NCBI GenBank assembly: GCA_027923505.1
Contig: BROI01000002.1
Span: 1,302,001-1,366,000 of the forward strand
DNA length: 64,000 nucleotides
Direction of reading: 5' to 3'
Source of the DNA: Mayamaea pseudoterrestris
Lineage: Eukaryota
The number at the start of each line of letters is the position of its first letter. Positions within the stretch are counted from its first letter, which is position 1. A program made the position numbers and the translations under genes. Positions 1 to 9,990 of this stretch are shown in pieces. A model generated the notes under the pieces. That model saw nothing but the letters and a program-made list of their open reading frames with translations. It was not told the DNA's origin and made no database searches.

Positions 1-504
1 TGTACAAAAGACGCGAAACTGTCCATCGTTCGTTCCCACCGCAAAGGCTTGCCCACGATGAACGCTTTGAATGCGCCGAATTCCGCGACTACTGCCTTGT
101 GGAGAGGCTGAATGATCGTCGCGGCGACTATCCAAATGACGCGCCAAAACTGTTCCGCAAAGATCACGATTGGAATCGCTTCGCGAGTTTTCGGAAGGTT
201 CGTGTACGTAATTGCGTCGGCGACGCTTGACCGAGTCGTTTCCCTCGAAAGCGTCATTGACTTGAATCACTGTAATTCCATTCTCATTGCCCGCCAATAC
301 AATCGGATAGGGATCCAAAAAGGCTGAATGCGTAAAGGCGTGTCCTCGATACAATGCTGCCTGTTGCGTATGCTTTTCTTGTCGCTGGCGAATCAAAGTG
401 TTGGCGAGTCGACTAGCTTTGCTGCGCGTGGCGGCTTGACTAACTGCTCCAAAACCATGATTGTAAACGGGAGCGTTAAGAGTACAGGCATCGAGAGAGG
501 GCAT
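1..504 (-). CDS. 5' part of a gene running off the left edge; possible WD40-like beta-propeller protein
   Basis: Not in the ORF track. Manual translation from ATG at 504 (MPSLDACTLNAPVY...) is open to base 1 and ends ...QSVHRGQAFAVGTNDGQFRVFCT, resembling a WD40 blade. Divergent from the gene starting at 752. Confidence 0.55.
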   Translation of the reverse strand, partial: MPSLDACTLNAPVYNHGFGAVSQAATRSKASRLANTLIRQRQEKHTQQAALYRGHAFTHSAFLDPYPIVLAGNENGITVIQVNDAFEGNDSVKRRRRNYVHEPSENSRSDSNRDLCGTVLARHLDSRRDDHSASPQGSSRGIRRIQSVHRGQAFAVGTNDGQFRVFCT

Positions 505-751
505 AATGTCTTATAATAAATTTTGGTGGAAGATGGCTTGGAGCTTGGAGCTTGGTGGAGGATGGATGTTTCCTGCGGCATACGAGTAAGCCTCGTTCGC
601 CATGGTCGAATGCGGCGAGATGATAAAGTCCACGTCATCATTACTTAAGTCCGTGCAACGGATAACAAACTTTGGAAAACGTCCTTACGTCGTACCGCAA
701 ACACTTTCGCGGTCGCCGCGCCACCTTCGCGACCCCATCACAACGTCCACC

Positions 752-3700
752 ATGACGGAGCTACGAGCCGATGCGCCAGCCTTTACTCCGACTATCATTG
801 ACAGTCGAACGAATGAATCTCTGAAAACAGTTGGCGGGCGTGTCGAGATGCATCGAGGCGTCAAGAAGAACCATGAGCATCAGCAGTCTTCACGCCATGT
901 GTTCGGCGATGCCGTTTCGACATCTATCGATGCCAACGTTTTCAAAAATACCAACAAGAAAATGTCCAAACGGTGTAAACGACGATATAGAAGTAAATCT
1001 GTACGAGAATCCTTGGACTGGGTGCATGACCGCGATGCAGCAGTTGCTAATAATGACACGTATCAGCCGCACGAATCAACATGGAGTCATGCAGACTCAC
1101 TTTCGGTGAGCGCCACTTTGCCAGAGGAGGAGCCATTTCCGATACTGGGAACGAGAAAATGCAAACGCGATCCGTTGCTGCATGAAGTTTGGACGCTGAC
1201 GGACCGCATTCAAACAAACGTGGCGAGCGAGTGGAAAAGTCCTTGCACAATCGATGACCAAGCAGCAGCAGCTGACAACGACACGAGTCACACTAGCATG
1301 CGAGATTTTGCCAAGCGACACGGGCTAACATTGCTTTCCAGCTGGAACGATGCGACGTTGCACGGCGACGAAGGTGTCGACAAAGGCGGGAGCGTGTCGA
1401 ACGACGAAGGCAATCATGACGCTGAGCACCCAATTCTGTATTCGCGGAGGCGTATGAATGTTTCCAAACTACGCGACAAAATGTTTGATTCACTCAGCGA
1501 AAGACTACATAATCAGCGCGCTTTAGATGCAGCAGCAGAAGAAAAGACTGTTAAAGAAGAGGCCAAGGTTGCAGCACTGAGTGAAGCTGCATCGACTGTC
1601 GACGAAAGCTACGCTTGGGAGTATGTGCAGACGACAGCTCCGACAGCGTTAGAGTCACTTCCGCCCTTGGATCAAAGCTATCTTGACGCGGCGAATCCGT
1701 TGCACGAGGCGATTGAAAATAACGATGAACAGGCCGTCAGCTTGCTACTCCGCAGAGACGACGACCTTTTATATACTACGACCAGCTGCTCCCCGATACA
1801 ATTGGCCGTTTCGCGAAATCGACCAAACATCTTGCGACTCTTGCTCAAGAATCAGACTGTAAGCTCACTTCCAGCCGACCCAACGTATCCACCAGCTCCG
1901 CACATGGCAGTGAGGCGGGGCCATGAAGACTGTTTACAGCTGCTCCTGTCACATTCGACGAATATTGTTCTGATCAAGGACGAGAAGAGCGGCAACAATT
2001 TACTTCACGCTTGCTGCAGTAAGAGCGTTCCTTTTTCGACTCTGCAGCTCGTCCTTTACGTGACATCAAACAGCTCGTCGACGCTTCTCTCCAAAGCCAT
2101 GATGTCCGTCAACGATCGCAGTGAAACACCCCTTCACACTGCCTGTCGACTGGGGCTATGCGCCCACGTGGATGTGTTCTTGTCAAACCTTGGGTTCACC
2201 CTCTTGTCTAAGCTATTCCAAATGAAAGACAATGACGAACAAACTCCGTTCTTGGCTGCTGTGGCATCCGGATCCACCGACGTTGTCATGAGCCTCTTCA
2301 TGTGGCGAGGCAATAATCATGTCAAAATATCATCCAAGTCTATTCCTTGTTCATTGTCGTGGGCAGTCAAGACGCGAAACGTGGACATGGTCATGCTGCT
2401 CCTGGAATTCAACGATCCCTGTGGGCGTGGATATGACTTGGCGAGAGCTCTTCGCGTCGCTTTGGAAGGAAGTGAAGTCGTCATGGATCACGACGATTAT
2501 GATACGTTGGAGCTTTGTCGCGTACTGGTGCAGGCAGGAGCAAACCCTTGCGATTCAAGCGGCGAAAGTGGACTCGTCATGGCAGTTAAGAAGCGGGACA
2601 GTCGAACTCTGGCCACTTTGATCGACTCGTACGACTGTCGTTTGCAAGAGATGCGGACGGAGCGATGCAAAGATCCTGTCCTACAAAAGCAACCAGCATC
2701 GTTCTTTGCTGGCATGGATTCACGCGAATCTGCTGAAAGGTCAAGTTCGCTACGGGAAGCGTTAGTGACTGCCCTCTTTGACTTTCACGTTGCAGCTACA
2801 GAAAGTGCGAGCAAATCCTTCTTGTGTGCTCAGGTACTGTTTCAAAGAGGCGCGGAGCTTGGAACGTCAGGACTGTCGCGCCTCAAGCGGAGCATCACCT
2901 TGAGATCCCTCCAAGACAATACATTTTCATCTGACTTTATTGACCGACAGTTCATATATCGAGTGGCGCATTTAGACATTGAGACTATAGGTGTGAATGC
3001 AAATAATGAGATGCAATGGAGCATGGCAATGCTTCACATGCCTTGGATGACATCGGCAGACGTTAAAAGCAGCTCTTGCCAGTTTGTTAAGACGAACGTT
3101 AATCGAGGCAGCTTTTCTCGCCCTGATGTTATAATCAAGGCTGATGATGGTAAGAGATTTGCGGCGCATGCTTCCATTCTCTCCGAAAAGAGTGAAAAGC
3201 TTGCTGCTGCAGTTCACTTCCATCTGATGAGTAAGCAAGAAAGTGACATGCTGGAGATTCATCTTGATGCTTCATCCGAGCTGTGCCTTTTCTTTCTGCA
3301 ACACATCTATCATGGCTCTATGCTGAAGCTAGAAGTTCTTAACAAAGATCCGGTCAGAATCGTACACAGCATTCTCGACCTCCTCATTCTTGCCGACGAA
3401 TACATTGTGCCCTCCTTGACTCAGGAATGTGTTATGAGGCTTCTTTCAAAAGATATCTGTCAATGCTTCTGTCGATCCTGCACGAAAACAGTCTATGATC
3501 AGTCATTGTCTTGTTATCAAGCATGCGGTCCTACTGTTTGTTTGACTACGGATACGTGTTTAGATATTCTGGCCGTCACACAGCACATAAGACAAGGTGA
3601 TCTGCCTTGCACGAGCTCGCTTTCCGTATTGTGGGAGGAACCGACTTTATGGGGACCAGCCGATAAGCATGAGATGAGTGTCGACCCTTTGGATGCGTTA

Positions 3701-4018
3701 AGCGAAGCCGTGCATCGCTACATTCTTTTGCATTATGGAGAATTACTAGAAAGTGACTCTTTTAAAGAGCACTGCTGCGACTCACAGCTCAAAGAAGTTT
3801 CGAGCAGGGAGCGAGCACAAGAGTTCTTATTGCTATGTCTCGGCCAATGTGCCATCTCTCCCATTGGAGTTTACGAGATTCGCTCAGTTTCTTTGACCGC
3901 AGTGGCTGCCGGTGACCCACTTGTTGAGCAATTACTGCCGACGAGAGTTTGCAACGGTTCCAGTAGGCAAGAGCCGGAGCCGAGCCGGAACCAACTTAAT
4001 CAGCATTTGGACCGGTAA
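752..4018 (+). CDS. Ankyrin-repeat + BTB/POZ domain protein with an N-terminal PAM2-like motif
   Basis: Ankyrin repeats (NPLHEAIENND, ETPLHTACRLG, QTPFLAAVASG) and a BTB domain (PDVIIKADDGKRFAAHASILSEKSE...LQHIY...LLILADEY). ATG 752 has ccaccATG context; the ORF is open from 602. Confidence 0.8.
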   Translation: MTELRADAPAFTPTIIDSRTNESLKTVGGRVEMHRGVKKNHEHQQSSRHVFGDAVSTSIDANVFKNTNKKMSKRCKRRYRSKSVRESLDWVHDRDAAVANNDTYQPHESTWSHADSLSVSATLPEEEPFPILGTRKCKRDPLLHEVWTLTDRIQTNVASEWKSPCTIDDQAAAADNDTSHTSMRDFAKRHGLTLLSSWNDATLHGDEGVDKGGSVSNDEGNHDAEHPILYSRRRMNVSKLRDKMFDSLSERLHNQRALDAAAEEKTVKEEAKVAALSEAASTVDESYAWEYVQTTAPTALESLPPLDQSYLDAANPLHEAIENNDEQAVSLLLRRDDDLLYTTTSCSPIQLAVSRNRPNILRLLLKNQTVSSLPADPTYPPAPHMAVRRGHEDCLQLLLSHSTNIVLIKDEKSGNNLLHACCSKSVPFSTLQLVLYVTSNSSSTLLSKAMMSVNDRSETPLHTACRLGLCAHVDVFLSNLGFTLLSKLFQMKDNDEQTPFLAAVASGSTDVVMSLFMWRGNNHVKISSKSIPCSLSWAVKTRNVDMVMLLLEFNDPCGRGYDLARALRVALEGSEVVMDHDDYDTLELCRVLVQAGANPCDSSGESGLVMAVKKRDSRTLATLIDSYDCRLQEMRTERCKDPVLQKQPASFFAGMDSRESAERSSSLREALVTALFDFHVAATESASKSFLCAQVLFQRGAELGTSGLSRLKRSITLRSLQDNTFSSDFIDRQFIYRVAHLDIETIGVNANNEMQWSMAMLHMPWMTSADVKSSSCQFVKTNVNRGSFSRPDVIIKADDGKRFAAHASILSEKSEKLAAAVHFHLMSKQESDMLEIHLDASSELCLFFLQHIYHGSMLKLEVLNKDPVRIVHSILDLLILADEYIVPSLTQECVMRLLSKDICQCFCRSCTKTVYDQSLSCYQACGPTVCLTTDTCLDILAVTQHIRQGDLPCTSSLSVLWEEPTLWGPADKHEMSVDPLDALSEAVHRYILLHYGELLESDSFKEHCCDSQLKEVSSRERAQEFLLLCLGQCAISPIGVYEIRSVSLTAVAAGDPLVEQLLPTRVCNGSSRQEPEPSRNQLNQHLDR

Positions 4019-4128
4019 ATACCCATGAGGGGTTGCAACGATACATTTGCTGGGATTTTTATACGAATAGGAATTAATTTAGGTTATGAGTCAAATTTTT
4101 ATCTTCAAGTTTTGCAATTGCGGATTGA

Positions 4129-6147
4129 CTACCAGTCACCGCCTCCCGACAAGACATCCCTCTTGTTGCCAGCAACGCGTCGGGCATCCTTGTCAATCTT
4201 GGGGCAGTCGACAATTGTATGACCCAGACCTCCGCAAAATGAGCAACCAGCTCCTCCATTCTCATCGCGAGGATCGTCCAACATTTGTAGCACGGGAGGA
4301 ATACGCTGCCGGGCTTCCCGCAGTAGTCCCTTCAAATCCAACAACGTCGTCTCGGAGCAACTCTTGTTGATAAATGTGGTTGCAACTCCCGTCTTGCCGC
4401 AACGACCAGTTCGTCCAATACGATGCACGTAGTTCTCAATCTCCTCGGGCATGTCAAAGTTAATAACGTGCTGTATGTCTGGAAAGTCGAGACCCTTTGC
4501 AGCAATGTCAGTCGCAATGAGCACATCCTTCTTGCCGCTTTTAAAAAGATTAATGGCCTCATTGCGTTCCTCCTGGTCCTTGCCACCATGAATAGATACA
4601 GCGTCAACACCCTTGAGCAACAAGTACTCGTGAATGTCATCAGCGGCGCCCTTGCGCTCGCAAAAGATAATGACTGGCGGAGCAGTCTTTTGTAAGCAGT
4701 GCAGCAAGTAGACAATCTTGGCCTCCTCCTTGACGTATTCCACTTCCTGGATCACGTCCAAGTTTGCCGCACCAGCTCGACCAACATTGACAACAATTGG
4801 CTGCACCAGCGTCTCCTTGGCAAAGGCCTGAAACTTTGCTGGAAACGTGGCCGAGTAGAGGAGCGTCTGCCGTTGATGTGGAAAGTAGTTCATAATCTCA
4901 CCCACTTCCTCGTCAAAGCCATCCGACAACATTCTGTCTGCTTCATCCAGGCAAATGTACCGACAATTCTGCAACGTCACGGCTTTGCGCTTTAAAACAT
5001 CTCGCAGTCGACCAGGTGTGGCGCAAATGGCATGTATCCCACGCTCCTTGACCACCTTGAGTTGATCATGAAGACTTTCGCCGCCAATCAATAGTTGCGC
5101 GCGAAGCTGTGGATATGTATGCTGCTGATGCTGACCCTTTCCGTGCTGCAGTGCATTCGCCAGTTCCACAATGAGATCAAAGGTTTGTCGTGCAAGCTCG
5201 CGTGAAGGCGCCAGTATGATTCCAATTGGTCCTTCGCCTGCCACCAGTGGCATGCGCAGCTCCTCCTCCAGCGCCGCCATGATGAGCGGCAAACTAAACG
5301 CCAAAGTCTTGCCGCTTCCCGTAAAGGCAATTCCAACCATGTCGCGACCGGCCAAAGCAACCGACAATCCCTGCATTTGAATCGGTGTTGGTCTCTGAAT
5401 ATTCTTTTCAACTTGTAGATAGTGTAAAATAGGCGCTGGCAGTTTTAAATCAACGAATCGCTTCACGGGCGGAGGAACGTCATTGCCTTGCACCAGCATG
5501 TGCCACTCCTTTCGCATAGCTTCCCACGCCTCCGGTCCTTCCTTCAAAATCCACGACGGCGCCGTCCACGTGCTTGGCATTGGTTTGGCGTACACCATGC
5601 CGGACGCAATCTCGGAGGCTGCCTGCAGCGCGTTGGTTTGCACCTGCGAGGCTTCGCGCAGAATGCGCTGCTCCTCGTCGCGGCGCTGCTGCTGCTCGCG
5701 CTCCGCCGCAGTCTGCTGCAGAGCGGCTGCTTGTTCCAAGAGTGAAATGACTTTAGGAGTATTGTTGTTGTCAATGCCATTGTTGTTTGCTTCTCCTTGT
5801 TGCGATTGATCATTTTCGTCGTGAGTTGCTCGTTCATTTCGACGCTCACCATCATCATGTCCCATTATTTGCTCCATTGCTTGCCTTCTTCGCTGCGATA
5901 CAAATGACGTTTGATTTTGGTGCTGTTTTAAGAATGCTTCCTCCTCTTGTTGCCTTCGCTTGGCTGCCGTCACGACAGTCGTCGAGTCGTCGTCCGCCCT
6001 TGACTCATGTTCCAACGAAAAATCATTCGACTCTTCCTGCTGCTGCGCCTTTCGCTTGGCACGCTTGCGTCGCCATTCGTCGAGGCGAGTCTGCTCGTCA
6101 GCATCAGTATTGTCATGGATGGTACTGTCGTTGTCGTGAGCCGTCAT
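4129..6147 (-). CDS. DDX41: DEAD-box RNA helicase DDX41/Abstrakt
   Basis: PTPIQMQG, AFTGSGKT, PSRELARQ, LDEADR, YSAT, HRIGRTGR and a C-terminal zinc knuckle CSFCGGLGHTIVDC. First ATG at 6147. Confidence 0.95.
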   Translation of the reverse strand: MTAHDNDSTIHDNTDADEQTRLDEWRRKRAKRKAQQQEESNDFSLEHESRADDDSTTVVTAAKRRQQEEEAFLKQHQNQTSFVSQRRRQAMEQIMGHDDGERRNERATHDENDQSQQGEANNNGIDNNNTPKVISLLEQAAALQQTAAEREQQQRRDEEQRILREASQVQTNALQAASEIASGMVYAKPMPSTWTAPSWILKEGPEAWEAMRKEWHMLVQGNDVPPPVKRFVDLKLPAPILHYLQVEKNIQRPTPIQMQGLSVALAGRDMVGIAFTGSGKTLAFSLPLIMAALEEELRMPLVAGEGPIGIILAPSRELARQTFDLIVELANALQHGKGQHQQHTYPQLRAQLLIGGESLHDQLKVVKERGIHAICATPGRLRDVLKRKAVTLQNCRYICLDEADRMLSDGFDEEVGEIMNYFPHQRQTLLYSATFPAKFQAFAKETLVQPIVVNVGRAGAANLDVIQEVEYVKEEAKIVYLLHCLQKTAPPVIIFCERKGAADDIHEYLLLKGVDAVSIHGGKDQEERNEAINLFKSGKKDVLIATDIAAKGLDFPDIQHVINFDMPEEIENYVHRIGRTGRCGKTGVATTFINKSCSETTLLDLKGLLREARQRIPPVLQMLDDPRDENGGAGCSFCGGLGHTIVDCPKIDKDARRVAGNKRDVLSGGGDW

Positions 6148-6390
6148 GGTGAACTTGTGTGTCTGCACGCGCTTTCGTAACGAGCGGTTCGTGCGTGACA
6201 GAATGTCCTATCGGTTCTGACTTTAGCTATCTTACTCGTACGGCAAGCAAGGTGGTGCTGCGTCGCAAAAGCTCGCTATCCATAAATTAGGCAACCAGTA
6301 TAGTAACCAAGCACAATATGAGTGTTAAACCTTCGAATGCGTTCCCGAAACTGTTATCTCTTGTAAAATTTCTGCAAGGCTCAACTGCTT

Positions 6391-6786
6391 TTACATGAAC
6401 GGCTGGACACACTGCGCGACAATATCAAGAGCGGCCTGACTCTTGTGCAGCTCCTTTACTTCCTTCCATCCAGAATAGCTCCATTGGAAGAAATCAAAGG
6501 TTGTTTTTAGATCGCGATTGGGATGCATCTGGCACTGCCCTTTCCACACTGCCAGCTTCAACAGTGAGCTTGCCTCCAATTTTTCAAGCTTTGCCAGGAG
6601 TGCTACAACTCCCCTTTTATAATGACTTCGACTTAGCGATGTTGGATGAAAAACTTTGTAGAAGATACATCCGTATACCTCATGCTTCCATCTGTTCAGA
6701 CCCAGCTGCGCAATACGCGGGTAAAGACTGTTGGCAAAATCTTCAGCGTGCTTCATAGTGTAATCATTATTTCGGTAATAAGCCAT
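6391..6786 (-). CDS. Small hypothetical protein (or gene fragment) resembling the diatom-expanded 'LLELALWK' C-terminal module
   Basis: ORF contains LEKLEASSLLKLAVWKGQC and ends DIVAQCVQPFM, a pattern recalled from the C-termini of many diatom hypothetical proteins. ATG at 6786. Confidence 0.45.
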   Translation of the reverse strand: MAYYRNNDYTMKHAEDFANSLYPRIAQLGLNRWKHEVYGCIFYKVFHPTSLSRSHYKRGVVALLAKLEKLEASSLLKLAVWKGQCQMHPNRDLKTTFDFFQWSYSGWKEVKELHKSQAALDIVAQCVQPFM

Positions 6787-7024
6787 GATCCTTCGTCCCA
6801 ACAGCAAAGGCGACAAGATGTAAATCAAAGAATGCAGATAAATGGAGAGAAGAAGCTTCTCAAAATCTTTACAGCAAGTTTACTTGTGACATGAAACATC
6901 CCGCGAAGACGACTTCCTCTTTCAGTTTGCTGTGACGCTACGACAAAGGTTAACCGCTGCGACAAATCGTGACAACCGCTCGTCGTCACAAAAACGGATG
7001 GGCATCACATTTTCCAATTCCACC

Positions 7025-8376
7025 ATGACGGCCAAGCCACCCAAGACGAAGAATGGTACACCTCCACCAGTGGATAAGCTACTTATGCCTGCGGTAGGCA
7101 TTGCTCTAGCATTACTTGCGTATCAATTTTTCAAAGGCATTAGTGGAGAGGTGAGTGAGGCGAAGGTCATGTTTACTCGCGGCATGCTTGTCGACATTGG
7201 CCATTCCATCGACATGTACTTCCAGAGCAATGCAATCATATCCTTACTTACATGATTCACACACAGATTCCTCGCATCAATCCATACGATGAACTAGAGC
7301 TTCGATCAGTCTTTTTCGGCGAAGGTTCCGATGGCAACTCCTTCGCTGTGCTGTGTCATTCCGAGGAAACAAATCTTCCCATTAGTTCCGTCTTTTCCGA
7401 AGCATCGGCGGAAACAACTCCGGCCGACTTTCGGCTTATGGACTGCAACTATGTATTGCCCTCGAGTGGAAAGTCTGTGGCGGAGCGATTCAAATTCAAT
7501 CTGAAGAAGCGGCCCGTCATTTTCGTCTCGGGCGCCGTTGGACCTCCCCAACAGGTACCCGACAAGTATCTGAAAACGGGAAATATGCTGGCCAAGTATT
7601 TGCGCGATAAATTGGAGATTCGAGCTGCCAAAGTGGAAACGACGCAAGATTTGCGAAGCAAGTGTTTGGACAAGGACTATTGCGGATTGCTGCTCAAGGG
7701 CACCAAGGAGTCGCCCCAATATTTGAAGGATGCCATGAAGAATATTCTCAAGGAGTTTCCAACCGTTTCATTTGCCGCCGTCGACTCGACCGTTTTGTAT
7801 GTATTAAACCTAGAGGAGCACTTGCCGGAACTAGCGGATGGACAGCCCCGATTCGTCGTTTTCAAAAAGCTCAAGGGATCACTCGAAGTTGGCGGCGATC
7901 GGCTACAAACCAGTATTGCAGCCCTTCCAACCAATGGCGTCAGCTATGGCTTGATAAGTAACTTAGTAGGTGATTCAGTTAGTGGAAAGAAGGAGTTTCA
8001 AAAGATTTCGACGCTGCCCGTTGTCAAGACGCGAACAAAAAAGCTGGAGGAAAGTGAGCGCGCCAAGCGGAAACGAAAGCTTGATCAGTCGAAGCGTAGC
8101 CAGGAAAGTCGATCACCATCAACACAACCAAGTGGTAGCGTTCCAACGTCGCAAGAAAACGACGGCTCGCGAGATGGCCGCAAAGCGGAGCGTGAGCGAC
8201 GGAGAGCGGAGCATTACGCCTCACAAGGGAAAACCCCAGAGGAAATTGCGGAGCTGGAACGACAGCGGGAGCAAAAGCAAGAAGAGGCGTCCGCATGGAA
8301 CATTGAATCGGACGAAAGCTATGGCAATGATGGGGACGATGAGGAAGACGACGGAGAGGTTGTTGATTTGGACTAG
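7025..8376 (+). CDS. Two-exon membrane-anchored protein, possible thioredoxin-like folds, with a charged C-terminal tail
   Basis: Exon 1 7025-7150 has a hydrophobic anchor (LLMPAVGIALALLAYQFF). Intron 7151-7266 (GTGAGT...ACACAG) joins in frame to IPRINPY...; acidic end EVVDLD. Confidence 0.7.
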
Positions 8377-8521
8377 TGTATTAAGTCGTAGACTTCCGTT
8401 CAATCATCTCACTCTTTTCATCGTGCTAAGTATTGTGTAAGTTGTTTCCTATAAAGTAAATTATTTGTGGTTTCACATCTGTATTGAGCCATCCCGTCAC
8501 GAGACTACCTGTACCTCGCAC

Positions 8522-9676
8522 TCAATGCTCAAGTTCAATCATGGTAATCTCCACCGCCGATCCTTCCTCACCACAGTGGTAAATCCACGGAGCCAAGTCT
8601 TCCGCTGGAGTCTCGCCGGCACTCCAAAATAGATTGCCATGATAGCAAAATTTCATCCGCTCGCGCTCCAAACGAAAGGTCAATGTCGACCCTGCATCCT
8701 CGGGCAAGTTGATTGAAATACTATCCTTATCCATGCGCGTCTCTCCAACACTATTCAAATCTTCCTCTATACAAGAATATGAAATGGACCGCCGTCCATT
8801 CTCCTCGTTCACTCGTGGCTTGTGCAAGCGCACCTTGTAGGCAAGCCGCGTCGCTTCCGACACCCATCCAAAGTCCAACCAGTCCAGCTTGTCAGCGTCA
8901 CGAATCCTCAACACATACGCACTAATTCGTCGATGATGCTTGTTACCCGTCTTGATGACATGCGGCTTGTCGTTCAGCCACGCTTCAATGGAATGTGGAA
9001 GCTGCAGGCGACCAAAGTCGGCCACATTGGTGATTTCGCACCGGGCCGCTTGCTCCGTGCACACCCACTCGGCCTGGTACCACGTGAACGAGTAAAAGAC
9101 TTCGGTTAAACCATATTGATCCACCATGAGACGAAACTCTTGCTCCTTGGACTCGTCGGAAAATGATGGAGTCGTTAAGCAAAGAGCCAGTGGCGATGGC
9201 CGACTGACATTGCGAGCGTGATAAATGAGTGACTGAAATAGTTGAGCGTCATCGTCAATGTACAAATTGCCGTCCTTGTCCTTAGTCATGATATTTTGAC
9301 TACTCCAGCGCGACAGTAGCGCTTCAAACCAAGGAATTTCGTTGAGTGTGGCGCGTGGAACATCCATTTTCGTGCCTCGGACATTGAGGCAAACGAGACC
9401 GGTGCTGCTGTTGATTGAATCGTCGGCGCTGCAGTCCGCCATGGAAACCGACGGCGACAATACTGGTTGCGGATTGATCACGACAATGGGTGGTTCGAAC
9501 CGCTGCTTTTTAGGTGCTGGAAGAATAATGACGTCGTCGTCTTGTTCTTGTTCGTCGGCTTGTATTTGTTGATCGGCTTGCTGCTGCTCCACGTTCATGA
9601 CGGGAATGGCGACGAACAATGGCGCCGCCGGCGAAACCACCGCTTCAACCTTGTCTGCGGAAGCTCCGTTGCCCAT
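8522..9676 (-). CDS. KCTD/T1-type BTB domain protein with a predicted N-myristoylation signal
   Basis: LVCLNVRGTKMDVPRATL...WFEALLS...DKDGNLYIDDDAQLFQSLIYHAR is a T1/BTB_2 pattern. N-terminus MGNGAS fits MGxxxS. Confidence 0.75.
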   Translation of the reverse strand: MGNGASADKVEAVVSPAAPLFVAIPVMNVEQQQADQQIQADEQEQDDDVIILPAPKKQRFEPPIVVINPQPVLSPSVSMADCSADDSINSSTGLVCLNVRGTKMDVPRATLNEIPWFEALLSRWSSQNIMTKDKDGNLYIDDDAQLFQSLIYHARNVSRPSPLALCLTTPSFSDESKEQEFRLMVDQYGLTEVFYSFTWYQAEWVCTEQAARCEITNVADFGRLQLPHSIEAWLNDKPHVIKTGNKHHRRISAYVLRIRDADKLDWLDFGWVSEATRLAYKVRLHKPRVNEENGRRSISYSCIEEDLNSVGETRMDKDSISINLPEDAGSTLTFRLERERMKFCYHGNLFWSAGETPAEDLAPWIYHCGEEGSAVEITMIELEH

Positions 9677-9990
9677 TCTTCCTTTCGTTGCTTGCTGTTC
9701 TTGACAAGAAAGGACTGGTTGTTCGCTCTGCGAGGGGCTCTGCGAGGCAAGAACATGAATGAAGCAATCGTGGTTTTGCGGTTTCGCTGGTGGCGCACAT
9801 CGATGACGTCATGCAGAGCGTCACGCAAGGTCATGCATGCGCGCGTCAACGGATTTATCTGTCGCTACGGTACACAACAACGCTTTGATGAGTGAAAGTC
9901 GTCGACCATGGCATTGGATGATATTGAACGGGCCCTTTCAATTTGCTATCGCCGTCATTTTACTGTAAATACTCACATTTGTCATCAAAA

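Noticed and set aside
393..641. 82-aa minus-strand ORF in the track
   Set aside because: A different frame starting at 504 is open to the window edge and looks more protein-like.
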